From NCBI RefSeq assembly GCF_006345805.1, contig NC_043005.1, forward strand, positions 22,754,001 to 22,818,000: a stretch of 64,000 nucleotides of DNA, in the 5' to 3' direction. Position 1 is the first letter of the stretch; each line of letters opens with the position of its first letter. Source of the stretch: Octopus sinensis. Its lineage: Eukaryota. Positions 52,365-64,000 of the stretch are shown piece by piece. The notes beneath the pieces were generated by a model, which saw only the letters and a program-made list of their open reading frames with translations, was not told the DNA's origin and did no database searches. The translations under genes were made by a program, and so were the position numbers.

Positions 52365-55055
52365 TGTATAGCCATACGCAAAAATATTAACGGAGACCCA
52401 GATTTATTCAGTTAAATACATGAGAGCGATAGCCGCCAGTCAACTCCTGCTTAGCAGAAAGTCCGCTTAACCGGATGTCAAATTAGCCGCAGACCATCTC
52501 CCTAGCTAGCCCGCAGCGAAGTTCCTGTCTACATTCCATGTGTTAAATTCTTGGGCCTACATATAGCTCCCCGCTCTCCAGAACTGTTGTCTGTCATTGG
52601 AACCGAGAAGGCGTTTTAACTGCCCTGCCCATGTGTGTGGTTACACGGCTCTTTGGTGTTTGTTCCTTGCCAAGGGTTGGTGCGATTTGCTTGGGGCGGC
52701 TTCTGTTTGATGGTCGAGCTACTTGGACGGAGCTGTCAATATCGAGATGGGCCAGCTTCAACATTTCAATGGAAACTGCGCCTTGTCGTCCGCCAATTGA
52801 GAGTTGGAATGGTCTGTCTCCCGGACATATGACTTCCTATGGGCCATCGCAGGGTGACTGGAGGGGTTTTCGTCGTGTGTCACGTCGAACGAACACGAAG
52901 TTATCCGTGCAGAGATCGTTTCATATGGATGATCTAGGTGCACCATGTGTTGACATGAGAATAGGGCACAACTGGCCCACACTCTCTCAGTTGCGTGAGG
53001 TATCTTTTGACATCCGGGTCTAATTCGGAAGGAACTCTCGTAACACTGTAAGAGGGGCACCATACAGCATTTCCGCGGAAGAAGTGGTGAGATTTTCCTT
53101 TGGGGTGGCGTGGCTTCCCAGCATCACGCATGGAAGCTGATCAAGCCAAATGGACCCGTTAAGTCTGGTTGTCAGGGTTTCCTTCAGGCGGCGGTGAAAT
53201 CTCTCCACTAATTCGTTGGCCGCGTTTCCAGGCCAAAGGGTTTACGTAAGAAATCATACAGCCAGAAACGAGCACTCACTGCGGTTTTCGTCTTAGTATT
53301 AGTATTTGGTGGTAACCACAGATGAGATCGACCTTCGAGAAACCGAGCACCTGGCTAGTTGGGCTGAGAAGCCCTGTAAGGGCAAAATGGGGTAGCGGTC
53401 AGGTGTCGTATCTGCATTGATATAGCGGTAATCTCCACAAGGTTGAAAACCCCCACTGGGTTTTGGTGTCACATGCAGGGGTGACAACCAAGGACTACTT
53501 GATCGGCGAACTATGCCCAATGCCTCTATATTACCAAACTCAGTCTTTGCAACAGCAAGTTTGTCTGGTGGTAGACGACGTGCACATCTGTACACTGGAG
53601 GGCCAGTGATGGGGATGTGGTGTGTTACTCCGTGGAGGGCTGTATGTTTGGAGAATTTCTGGGTGAGGCGACTCGAAAGGAGATTCGAGAATTCATTCTC
53701 CGTCTGAGAGACGGTTGCTATGCGGGAGGCAGCATGTGCAGATGTTGCCAGAGACACGGAAGCGCATGTGTTGTTGTCGATGAGTTATCTCCCCTGCAAA
53801 TCAACCTGTAGCACGTATGCTCGAAGAAAGTTTGCTCTGATAAGAGGCTGATAGACATCGGCGATGGTGAATGCCTATGTGTATTTTGTGAGTCGATGTT
53901 GAGAGAAAGGATGCTGCAACCGTACGCCTCGATTGTGGATCCGTTGGCGGCCGTTAAAGGTTGACCCTGCTTTCAGTAACGGAGGTCCCTTGCCGACGTT
54001 GGGATCACGCTAACTCCTGCTCCTGTGTCGATTAAGAATCTTCGTCTGAAGCTCCGATCGCAGACATAGAGGAGCAGTTGATCATGTCTGCCGACCGCCA
54101 GGGTATTCAATGGCGGCCGGCCCTGGCTTTTCCCGGGGCCGATGGCCAAGGAGTCCTGAAGCTACATGGTTGCATACATTTCGTAGACTTTTTGCCGAAC
54201 TTTGTGTGGTGGAAGCATAGGTCGTCTTGTTTAACTCTACCATGTCTCAGGGCAGACCCAATGGCGTTGACTATAACACCACTGGATAAAAAAATGTGTG
54301 TTGGCTACTTTCATAAACTGCCGCAAGTCCTTGATCTCGGTCTGAATTATGAGGGTCTGAACCTAGGGTGGTAACTTACCGTGGAATATTTCCCAAAACA
54401 AAAAGAAAAGTGATTCATCAGGTGGAAACTAATGCCAACATCATACCAACTCCAAAGGTATGGAATCGCTCAATTCTTCCTCCAGTATCTTGGCTGCCGC
54501 ACCTCGGTCGCTCCGCCGGAATGTATCCACAAACCTGTCTTTTAACGTAGTGTATTTGTGCGTTATCGGGGGTTGGGTTTAAATGTCCAGCACCCTCGTG
54601 GCCGTGTCTGCACCTAGTGCCGCTACTACATACGAATATTTCGTTAGGTTTGGAGTTATTTTAGGTACGTTAAATTGCGCTTCAGCCTGCGCAAACCATA
54701 GCTCAGCTCTCTTCAGCCAGAACTGTGGTAGCTTTAGTGCTGTTGCGTGATCACTTGCTATGTTTCTCTGATTTTCTGTTTACTTCGATGTGCGAAGCGA
54801 AAGCTGTTGTTCTTCCGAGGGGGTCACCAGTTATAGCTTTAGTTAAGGTATACACAAACAAAGTAGCGGAGACCCAGAATGTGCTAGTGAAAGATTTATT
54901 GAGTTAAATACATGAGAAGAGTGACAGCCGCCAGTCAAGTCCCGCTTAGTAGAAAACCCACTTAACCGGAAGTCAACTTCGCCGCAGACCATCTCCCTAG
55001 TTATCCCGCAGCAATGTTTCTGTCTATAGTTCATGTCATAGATCTTTGGGCTATA
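52365..55055 (-). mobile_element. Internally deleted Gypsy (Mag-like) LTR retrotransposon; 5' LTR ~54831-55055, 3' LTR ~52365-52561
   Basis: Two diverged ~200-bp direct repeats. PBS TGGTGACCCC at 54820-54829 and PPT ggagagcggggag before the 3' LTR. gag KLPQFW...WFAQAEAQF, protease FLIDTGA, RT SPWLSPLH..CGDYR, integrase VERFHRRLK. Confidence 0.9.
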
Positions 55056-55149
55056 CCCTTCAGCGGAATTAATAAGATATTTATTGATTTGTAATTCTGT
55101 GATCGGTTCCTCGCATGGGACAATACTAGCTATAAATCAGTATTCTATC

Positions 55150-56750
55150 TGGGGGCACATTTTTCTCTTACACTGTGCAACACTCAATATCCTACAAGAG
55201 ATCTGTGGCCATTTTTATATGCAAAATGACGTGGGAAATCCATTTCTGGTCTTCTTTTTGTTGAGTTAAGCATGGTTTCTACAGAATTGTCACTGTATAC
55301 CCTTTTTGTCACTATTATTAAATAAAATTCTCTACCGCATTGTAACCAGTGTACCCATTGTTTTATCGCCTCCAGACTCAGGGTGTGTGGCATGTTCGTG
55401 TATAAGTTCGTCACATCGAAGCTTGCACGTATGTTTTCCGGAACACTGGGTAGAAAACTACGGGGAATTCATAGAAAAACGCTTCAAAACAGACTTTATC
55501 ACCAAAGTCATCCAATTAATACTTGAAGAAAACACATTCACATTAACAAGACATCCCGACAGATAAAGGGCACGGATATGGGCACGAAATTCGCACCTTC
55601 ATATGGCAACTTGGTTATGGATTTCTTTAAGAACAAACAATACGAGGAAATAGGGAAAAATCTTCGAACACGACTTCAGAGAAGACATCAAGTAAAAGTG
55701 GAAACGCTACCACGATGACTGTTTCATCTTTTGAAACAGGTCAGAAGAAGATCTACGAACATTCCACATCCTCAGCACGCTTCCCCCATCTATCAACTTT
55801 ACGACAGAAACCAGCTATAACGAACTTCCCTTCCTAAACATCAACATCAAGATACACAACACCATCGTCACAACAGATATCTACTACAAAAAACCGACAC
55901 ACACCAACATTTAAATTTCTACTTCTGCCACCCATCCCACATAAAAAGAAACATTCCATGTAGTATGGCAAGACGCATAGTGGTCGACTCACAAACACGC
56001 CAAATAAGACTAAATGAACTTATAAACTTCTTACTAGAACAGAAATACCCACTCAAATTAATAGAAAACGGAATCTCAAGAGCAATGAAACTGGACATCA
56101 CACAACTCAGAACTCCAAAAAAGAAAAACAAAGAAAATATCATCCCATTCATAAACACACAAGCCTGGAGTTACCAACATGTTTCAAATTATACAATCAA
56201 ACTTACCAATAGTCCTACAAAGCCCCAAAATGGGAAACCGATTAAACAAATACTGCTTAAGAAACAGTAAACTCCAAGAGAAAAACCTGAAAAATCAGAC
56301 AAGAGCAAAATTCTCATCAGAGAATGAAACCGAACTCTTTGTGAAAGAATGTGGAGATAGTAGATGTGGGATCTGCAGTAACCCTATCTACAAATATATA
56401 GAGGAAAACAGCCAAATAAAATTTAAGAGTGGACACACATTCAAAATAAATGCAAACATGAATTGCAAGACACAAAACTTAATATATTGCATAACCTGTT
56501 CCACATGCAAGGAGAACTATATAGGTGAAACTGGCAATTCTTTATGCCAACGAGTCAGAATTCACTGACAACATATCCGACAGGGAGAGCTGCAAAAAAT
56601 TCCACTAAGTAAACACTTAGAAACATCTGGAGAAAGAAGACTCAAGATCTTTCCTTTCTATAAATGCCCAAGGAATGACACCTTCTTCAGAAAAAATATG
56701 GAACAACACTTCATAGCAAAATTCCCCCCCATACTGAATGGCTGAAAATA
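55150..56750 (+). mobile_element. Penelope-like element (Neptune-like) RT and GIY-YIG, degenerate
   Basis: GTDMGTKFAPSY, WKRYHDDCF, LPFL, CHPSHIK.NIP, Cys linker CGDSRCGIC, and NLIYCITCSTCKENYIGET...RVRIH. Confidence 0.9.
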
Positions 56751-58177
56751 TGAAAATCACATCAACTTCCTTATAAACCCATCTGGAACCCTAAGATATA
56801 TGCATGTGTGTGTGTGTGTGTGTGTGTATGCATATACATAGATAAAGACATTTTTGCATCCAGATTTTCCAACCCATACCGGCATGGGAATCAAACATTG
56901 GACAATGATGATGATAATAATAATAAGTCCAGACAATTTTTTGAAAAATAACTTTCATTATTCTTCATCAAAACAGACCCCCCCCCCCCTTAGAGTAACC
57001 ACCTGGTCTTGCCATTTTCACAAGAATCAACTTCTATTGAAAGCCCATCTTCTATTGAACTGACCAACTGTATAGATATAAACACATTTTTTCTTCTTTC
57101 TTTCCTTCAATTTTCCATTGACATTAAGAAAAAGCACATTTTTTCACTTTGCAAACATTTTTCTTTCAAACCCCTTAGTGAGCTGGCTGAACCAAAGTAA
57201 GTCTCTGTTCCAGCCACCAACTTAAAAATATTCTTTTTCTTTATCTCCTGTTCAAAACACTTCCTTTCAGATACACAGGCACATGCACGCACGCACACAC
57301 ACACACACACACACACAATTATTAATTGACACTTGAAAGCAAGAGAAATAATATTCTTAAGATTATAGAACTGGAAAAGCACAGGGCAAGTTATTACACT
57401 TGGAAAATATTGCAGCTAAGAATAAAATTTCAAATAAAATATTTAAATTTAGAAAATATTAGCTTTTATTTAAAAATTTATTACAAGTCACTACCACTTC
57501 TATTTCTAATTACTTGCTACTTCTATTAAAAATTTAAAAAATAACTTAAAATATTTTTTGCACTTATTAATTAATAATTAGAAATTTGAAAATAGGCTAT
57601 AAAAATAGTAGTAGTACATAATTTTAACAATAAATAGAATAATTCAAAAATTGGTTATATATTACAGTAAAATCTACCTATAACAGTAAATTTGCTTGAG
57701 TTATTGCCTAAGTTATTACGAAGTCTTCACATTTTTAGTCTTGACCCGATGCCTATTTTTTACATAATGAATTTGTCTATCATTTATACTATTCTACTTT
57801 GCGTAAAACTTTAACGATATTGGTACTTCTGGCTCTCATCTTTTCAATATTCTAGTGTGTCAGTATTTTAACTAAATGATGGTACCTTTTTTTAATTATA
57901 ATGTTACGTTTTTAATATTCAAATTTTATCCTTCGCTGCAATCTTTTAAGTAAAAATTTTCTTGTTCTATACTTTACCAGATGTAATAACTTGTATTGAA
58001 CTTTTCCAAGTGAAATACCTTATCCTGTACATTTCCAGTTTTATAATTTTAAGAATATTATTTCTCTTGCTCGCATTTTTCCATGTAATGTGTGTGTATG
58101 TATATATATATATATATATGGTAGGACAAGGGGAAAGAAAAAGAAAGAAGTAAGGGGAGAGATATAATTTTACTTAC

Positions 58178-58273
58178 CAAACATACTTACAAATCAACCG
58201 ATATATTATCACGGATGACAGGTTATAGAAATACCCAAATAGCAGAATAGCAACGACATCCAACCAAATATAT
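58178..58273 (-). CDS. SLC18B1-like transporter copy A, 96-nt exon (YIWLDVVAILLFGYFYNLSSVIIYRLICKYV)
   Basis: Acceptor ccttgcag and donor gtaagt. Phase 2-2, open frame, TM-like. Same length and phase as the exon at 12898-12993. Confidence 0.85.
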
Positions 58274-58336
58274 CTGCAAGGAATCAAAAAGGGTGATCTT
58301 AAGACAGACTAGAACATGTGTGTGTAGTACGTGCGC

Positions 58337-58404
<68 letters not shown>

Positions 58405-59159
58405 TACTTATCTCTGTTTATCTGCCCGTATTTAATCGTCTTTATTCCAAAATCATGTGGAATATTTCCTTAGAGGCTTACTACATCAAAACGAAGTAAA
58501 AGTGAATTCGTTTCTGTTATTTGGGAAAGATAGGACAGGAAGTCGATGTAGAGGAAAGCTATAGCACTGAATAATTTAGAAAGTATATTGAAAAGGCATG
58601 AAAGAGATACCTTGACGACTGCTTTTAATCCGGACAGAATCTCTAAATACTCTGGAAAATATCAATATCCGCCTGAACAACCTCCCTCCTCGTTTCTTTT
58701 CACTCTCACATCTATTAATATTTTTCAATATTTTTCTCCCCATAAAGAAATTTTATGGAATGATGTCAAAGTAACACACGTGTAGTCCCAACCGAGCGAG
58801 GGCATTTTATGTGTGTGTGTGTGTGTGTGTGTGAGGGTAAAAACATCTTTAGTGTTCATATTAATCAGTCAAATGTGATGCTTATTTGTTCACGGTATTT
58901 TGAATTATTAAGGTTCAAGAGCAATGTCCACAATATTTGCTTGTAACTTTGTGAATTTTTTTACATACAGTTTTGAAATTTTTCCAGTGGATGCTTTATA
59001 TGCCACTGGATTAGAGCTATGTAATTTTAGCTGATGTTGCTGAGTAAATTTGACTTTCATGCGCAGATAATTTTAATTAGCAGGTGTAAAAGCAATAACA
59101 TTGAAAGTCTTAATGTATCTTACTTGTTTTGTTATTAAAATTATCCCAGATGGCAACCG

Positions 59160-60054
59160 ACAAACATTTTGCCACTTTTCAAGATGAGGTACATTAATTT
59201 GAATTAATTAAAATACAAGTATAATCGGTACAAGATTTGATTCTTTCGGTAAATATTTCGTACATAGGTGTAGAATAATTTCTTTCCATAGTTTTTCCGG
59301 GTGCATTCAACGTATCTGACCTCCAAACATGTCACAAGCCACTTTTTTTCCCGAAAGAAATGTGGGAGGGGGGGGGGGATCTCGAAGTTTCCCACCAAGG
59401 AAGTTTTGCTTCGCAGGTCTTTTTTTTCCAGATTATTTTGCATGCTTTCAACAAATATGACATCGAAGACATGCGTAAACGGCTCCTTTTTCCAGGAAAG
59501 GAAAGATTTGGCTGCTATTTCTAGCATGCCCTGCTACCACGTAACAGCTGTTTGCGTTCAAACCGAAATATTTACCAACTTTTTTCCTTCTACTTATTTT
59601 TTCCACTTTATGGAAGTCAATATTTTCTCTGTTGACATCCACTTCAGCGAGGTCACAGATCAAGTGGAAAGACATCAATCACTGTTTCCTCTTGACAGGA
59701 AAAAGAAATTTTCCGCTCTCTTTGCAAAAAAACAAGCGGGTGTATTTGGTTTCAAATCCAGGCAGGGTCAAACGAGGTCCTACAAGTTATTTATAATAAG
59801 TGGCGTTATATCGAGGTTTAAAGAATGACGCGTACAATATTAAATGTGCTAAGACAATCTGAAAACAGGAACTTTTAAATGTTTACAGTTTTTGCGAAAT
59901 TTTTGCGTTAACGGACTTAACAGACGCTAAATATAACGGAAGTTAATTAGTCCGATAATGATTTTTAAAGTTAACTTAAAAATTAAGTCGTTAACATAAA
60001 TGTTAATTTCGTTAATTAACGATTAACGGATTAACGGACTTACGCCCAGCTCTA
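59160..60054 (-). mobile_element. Possible hAT-type DNA transposon end
   Basis: Terminal sequence reads TAGAGCTGGGC on the minus strand, with many subterminal ttaacg repeats. The other end was not located. Confidence 0.4.
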
Positions 60055-60661
60055 TATATTTAGTACCATTTTCTGTACCCATCTTAGTGCCTTTCAAACA
60101 TATCACCCCACCTCCCACTCCTCACACATATTCAATCCTTACATTCTTATATCTTCCTATCCCTCTTCGACTCCCCTTCCAACCTCCTCATAATATCTTG
60201 ACCACCATCAAACATTCCTTTTTCATTTTATCTTCTTCTTTCTTCTTTTCTTTCTTTCTTCTTTCCTCACCTATTCCTTTTGACCATTCTCCTCATTTTA
60301 ACATACATGTATATTCTCTTCTCTCTATCTACTGAATACTATCACTACTTTCTCAAAATTTCATTCACACCACATGACCCCTTTGAATGAGCAGCACATG
60401 GAATCTTCGTCTCTACACTTTCCATTTGTAATAACAAAATATGAACTCTTATCGGAATTTACATACCACGAACAAGAAGCATTTCTACCATTTCTACACA
60501 CTGCTTTCTTTGGATAATGGAACTGCAACTATAGCATCCTACATATATTTTTATTTTTACTGTTATTCTCTTATTTCTTTTTATACTTCTTATTTCTATC
60601 CTTTTTCAAAATAACTCCTTATATTGAACTCTACTGTTTGCCTCTATTTAGCCCTTTCACA

Positions 60662-60712
60662 TCTTCTCTGATGAAGGGATATCCCTAATATCCCAGATAC
60701 AGCTGTACAAAA
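60662..60712 (+). ncRNA. Degenerate minimal type I hammerhead ribozyme (PLE pseudo-LTR type)
   Basis: CTGATGA, 7-bp stem II gggatat/atatccc, GATAC (GAAAC mutated), palindromic acagctgt helix III, GTA. Helix I pairs poorly. Confidence 0.5.
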
Positions 60713-60751
60713 TTCCACACAGCCTTGGCTTTGTTGTCTCATTTTATTTAA

Positions 60752-60789
<38 letters not shown>

Positions 60790-60804
60790 TGTATGTATAT
60801 ATAT

Positions 60805-61146
60805 ATTAGAAATATTGAATTTCTAAATGTCTGAAAGAGACATGAGCGATAGAGTGGTTGTATACTGTCAACATAACGTGACAGTCCCGTAAAGGGAATT
60901 ACAGGGACACGTTTCCTGTGTCCTTATATTTGCGAAGGGGAGGCAAGCACCATCACCAGCTAGAGCTAGCACCTAGAGACATGCATGTTTCTGAGTCTTT
61001 GCTCGTCATCAGTCCAGGGTAGCCAGTCCTGCTAGTTGAGATGCCTGCCAAGGCTTCGCAAATATATATATTTTCAGTGAAATCTATTCACTGGTCACCG
61101 AAATTAGAAATATTGAATTTCTAAATGTCTCAGAGAGATATGAGCG
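60805..61146 (-). mobile_element. Retrozyme-like / PLE-derived ~298-nt unit with terminal ~44-bp direct repeat
   Basis: attagaaatattgaatttctaaatgtct..agaga.atgagcg at 60805 and 61103. The hammerhead sits at the tip of a long stem closed by tatatttgcgaag/cttcgcaaatata. Confidence 0.6.
60972..61018 (-). ncRNA. Minimal type I hammerhead ribozyme
   Basis: Minus strand: cctgga CTGATGA c gag caaaga ctc a GAAAC atgcat GTC tctagg. Helix I cctgga/tctagg, helix II gag/ctc, palindromic helix III acatgcatgt. Confidence 0.75.
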
Positions 61147-61149
61147 GTG

Positions 61150-61330
61150 GTGTTTGCGCAATTTTCTATGCCAAAGTTTGGTAAAAGTCCTTCCAGGATT
61201 TTTCAGATGTATATCACTGCATATCTCCCCGCTTTCGTTCTAGGGAGTAGAATCTTCACTTTTTCAGCCTTTTTCAGTAGCTGACAGGTTACATTGAGGT
61301 TATTTTCTTTGTATATAATTTTATACTTGG
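61150..61330 (-). mobile_element. CR1-like RT C-terminal fragment
   Basis: RFYSLERK..RYAVIYI*KILEGLLPNFGIE. Confidence 0.6.
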
Positions 61331-62429
61331 GGGCAGTAGTCTAAGTGGCCGAGGGCTTATCCAGAAGACCATCATGGTTTCCTATTCCTTCATTCCGAAA
61401 ATTCGGAGAATCCATTCGGCCAACAATCTCCATGTTTTGTTGTTCTTCTTACTTCAGTTCTTTTGGATTGCTGTGCAGACAAATGGGTCTTGCTTCCATA
61501 CCTGTAACACAAAGTCATCTACCTTGAATGCGGAGCTTTAAGGTTTTCATAGCACTTTGTACATTTCACAGCTCTGAAATTGTTTTGTGGTTTTGCTGGA
61601 TCATAATGAGTTGAATTTCCGCAGCGATGGAACCTGACCACATACCGCAGAATGTCATATCTGCACTGACTACCTGCTCTTATTGTACCGCGAATGTGAC
61701 ACAATTTGAGCAGATTATTAAATCAGATGTGACATTTCACCGATAACCCTGACACTGAATCTACTCTTGTTTCTCCAGCTTATAGGCAGGTGCGTCGCTT
61801 TGTATTTGGTTTTGTACTATCACCCCTTCTGTTTTAAAAAGGAATATTAACTCACATGAAATATATGCCAAGGCTGCTTCCAAATCATAGTTGAATAGGA
61901 CAAGAAAATCAACTATATTTTTGGTAAGAGATACATTGCTTTCTACCTCACTGACATGGATTTACGGAAGGCTTGCCACAGTTCGGTGAACAAAATACTA
62001 GAAGGCTTTCAATCTTTCAACAAAATGTTCTATACTAAAAGTTTCCTCTTCAAAAGAACACAAGCAAAAGACATGTTTTACTTATTCGTGTTTATATCCT
62101 AAGAGCATGTATTTGTTGTTGTTGCTGTTTTTGACAAAAATTCTAATCGGTGTAGTCAAAATATCTGTTTTCTTTTAGTTCGTGTTTACAATTAATACTT
62201 TGCGTTTCAATTAATTCAGCATTCTGAAGGGTTTTTATTCTGTATGTGAAATGTATTATTTTGTACATTTTCAGTTTTGTTTTTGGAGACATGGTGTAAA
62301 ATTCTCATGACTATTTTTCTTTTACTATATTATGTCAGTAGCGTGAGAGAAAAGAAATTTTGTTCAAAAATATACAAAAACCTTATTTCTTTTGAAAGTC
62401 CAAACTTTAGAAATTTATCTCTATGCGAG

Positions 62430-62990
62430 TATTTTGGGGTAAAAACTCTATTTCAAGTGTTAAAATCATTTTTTCTTTTTGTAAACAAAACACTTACATA
62501 CGTCGCATTGTATAATAAAAATATTAATCCATCACTTCTCCGCCCCCTTTTTTCTGAGAGGCACCTTCTCCATAAGATCCTATCAGAAGCAATCGTCATT
62601 AGACTTAGCGGCTGGATTCCCAAGCGTGATCAACAGAAAGTATGGATATTATAGAACCATCTCGCTCTCGGCCTACCTCAAGTCTCCTGTTGGTTGGGGT
62701 ATTTTGGGGTAAAAACTTTATTTCAAGTGTTAAAATAATTTTTTCTTTTTGTAGATAAAACGTTTACATACGTCGCATTGTATGATAAAAATATTAATCC
62801 ATCATTTCTCCGCCCCCTATTTTCTGAGAGGATCATGGTATTAAAGTCCCCACGCACCTTCTCCATAAGATCTTATCAGAAGCAATCGTCATTAGACTTA
62901 GCGGCTGGATTCCCAAGCGTGATCAACTGAAAGTATAGATATTATACAACCATCTGGCTCTCGGCTTACCCCAAGTCTCCTGCTGGTTGG
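62430..62990. repeat. ~270-bp tandem duplication spanning an RTE 3' end and its flank
   Basis: tattttggggtaaaaact... at 62430 and 62700. The second copy carries a ~25-bp extra segment. Confidence 0.85.
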
Positions 62991-63345
62991 CTCGGCTTGA
63001 AGAATCCGACATGCAATTCTTTCCTACAACATTCTAATCATATGTCCGTAGAACCGAGCCTGTGACTTCTCAGAGTGGAATACGAGTAACTCGATCTGGA
63101 GAGGTTTCCTGATCTCCAGGCTATGCACCCTGTCGAGTAACGTTACTCCAGAGATCCCCAGGAGGAATCCCATTTTGGCCACTGTATTCGCGATCGTATT
63201 CATTAGATCATTACCCGACATTCGGCTTTGTATCCGTTCGGTTTCTTGTTCTTCAACAAAAGTGCATTCGGCATCCTGCCCGCGCATGAGTACGAACACA
63301 GACCAATGTATACAGATATAGAAGGTTGAATTCCTCTTGATCACA
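62830..63345 (-). mobile_element. RTE-like LINE 3' fragment
   Basis: MGFLLGISGVTLLDRVHSLEIR...RFYGHMIRM...PRARW. Confidence 0.75.
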
Positions 63346-63482
63346 TATTACAGAGTAAGATGTACATTGCCAAGCCAATAAACATAGATACACTACAGAG
63401 AGATAGATTTTGAAGCAGTACCTCTGCGAGTCATTATTGTTTTTATTATCAGAATTTTATAAAAATCGTACGGACAACTTAC

Positions 63483-63577
63483 TTGTGTTCTATTCCCAAG
63501 AAAGGCGATGGACCGCAGAGCAATAATGCACTGACAAGTATAATATTTGACACAATGAGCAGACTTTTCGAATCTGA
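63483..63577 (-). CDS. SLC18B1-like MFS transporter, copy A, internal exon (95 nt; SDSKSLLIVSNIILVSALLLCGPSPFLGIEH)
   Basis: Acceptor tttcctttcag and donor gtaagt. Open frame with a hydrophobic TM ending in GPSPFL, matching the SLC18B1 'LLGPxP' motif. Ends in phase 2, compatible with the next exon. Upstream exons lie beyond the window. Confidence 0.85.
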
Positions 63578-64000
63578 CTGAAAGGAAAATAAACACATTA
63601 ATTAGCTATTCAGTATTCTGAAATATACTAATATATCAATATTATACATAGTGTTAGGAAATTATAATTTGTAATGTTAAGTTAAACAGGTAAATAGTTT
63701 TTCATGTTGACTGTAAGGTCAGGATGAAGTCCATTGTCAAAATAGGGGAAGCTAGGTGTTATTAGCCAAAACTGTGAAATTATAACAAATTCGCTAGACC
63801 TTGGCCAACCTTTATAAGCAGAGATAATTTCCCCCTACCCACCCCGTTTTTGTGACAGTTTTTTTTTTTTTCTGTGAGACAAAGTTGTTCAATTAGATTC
63901 TGGAAGCTATGATTGCCTGTTTAGTTTATTCACATTGTGCTTCGTGTTAGGCATTTAGGGATTTATTTTTTATGCTCCAGGAATTCGCCAGAACTTTTGT

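Noticed and set aside
59301-59828. 175-aa plus-strand ORF
   Set aside because: No recognisable domain. Lies within a probable DNA-transposon remnant.

Overview
Eukaryotic, AT-rich, microsatellite- and transposon-dense animal DNA. It is most likely an octopod cephalopod; this is my inference from the tRNA-headed SINE families, the (TA)n/(TATC)n/(AAT)n density and the LINE repertoire. Host coding content is on the minus strand. It comprises the last five exons of a divergent SLC18B1-like MFS transporter (63577->45018) and, 32 kb further downstream, an orphan second set of the same 96/75/94-nt exons (12993->9886). The orphan set is closer to canonical SLC18B1 but has an in-frame TAA and no visible upstream coding exons. 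The rest is mobile DNA: a near-intact CR1 LINE, two Tx1/L1-type LINEs, a young RTE LINE next to its partner SINE, R4/Dong-like and Penelope-like remnants, two Gypsy remnants, a mariner, a Helitron, MITEs and SINEs. The most notable signals are: (1) a ~298-nt highly structured unit carrying a minimal type I hammerhead ribozyme, sense-oriented in a transporter intron (retrozyme-like); (2) the stop-containing duplicated exon cassette; (3) a correctly phased G_GGT_TTT slippery site in a long ORF1/ORF2 overlap of the CR1; (4) several long dsRNA-forming palindromes. Exon coordinates were hand-derived. TE boundaries are approximate.
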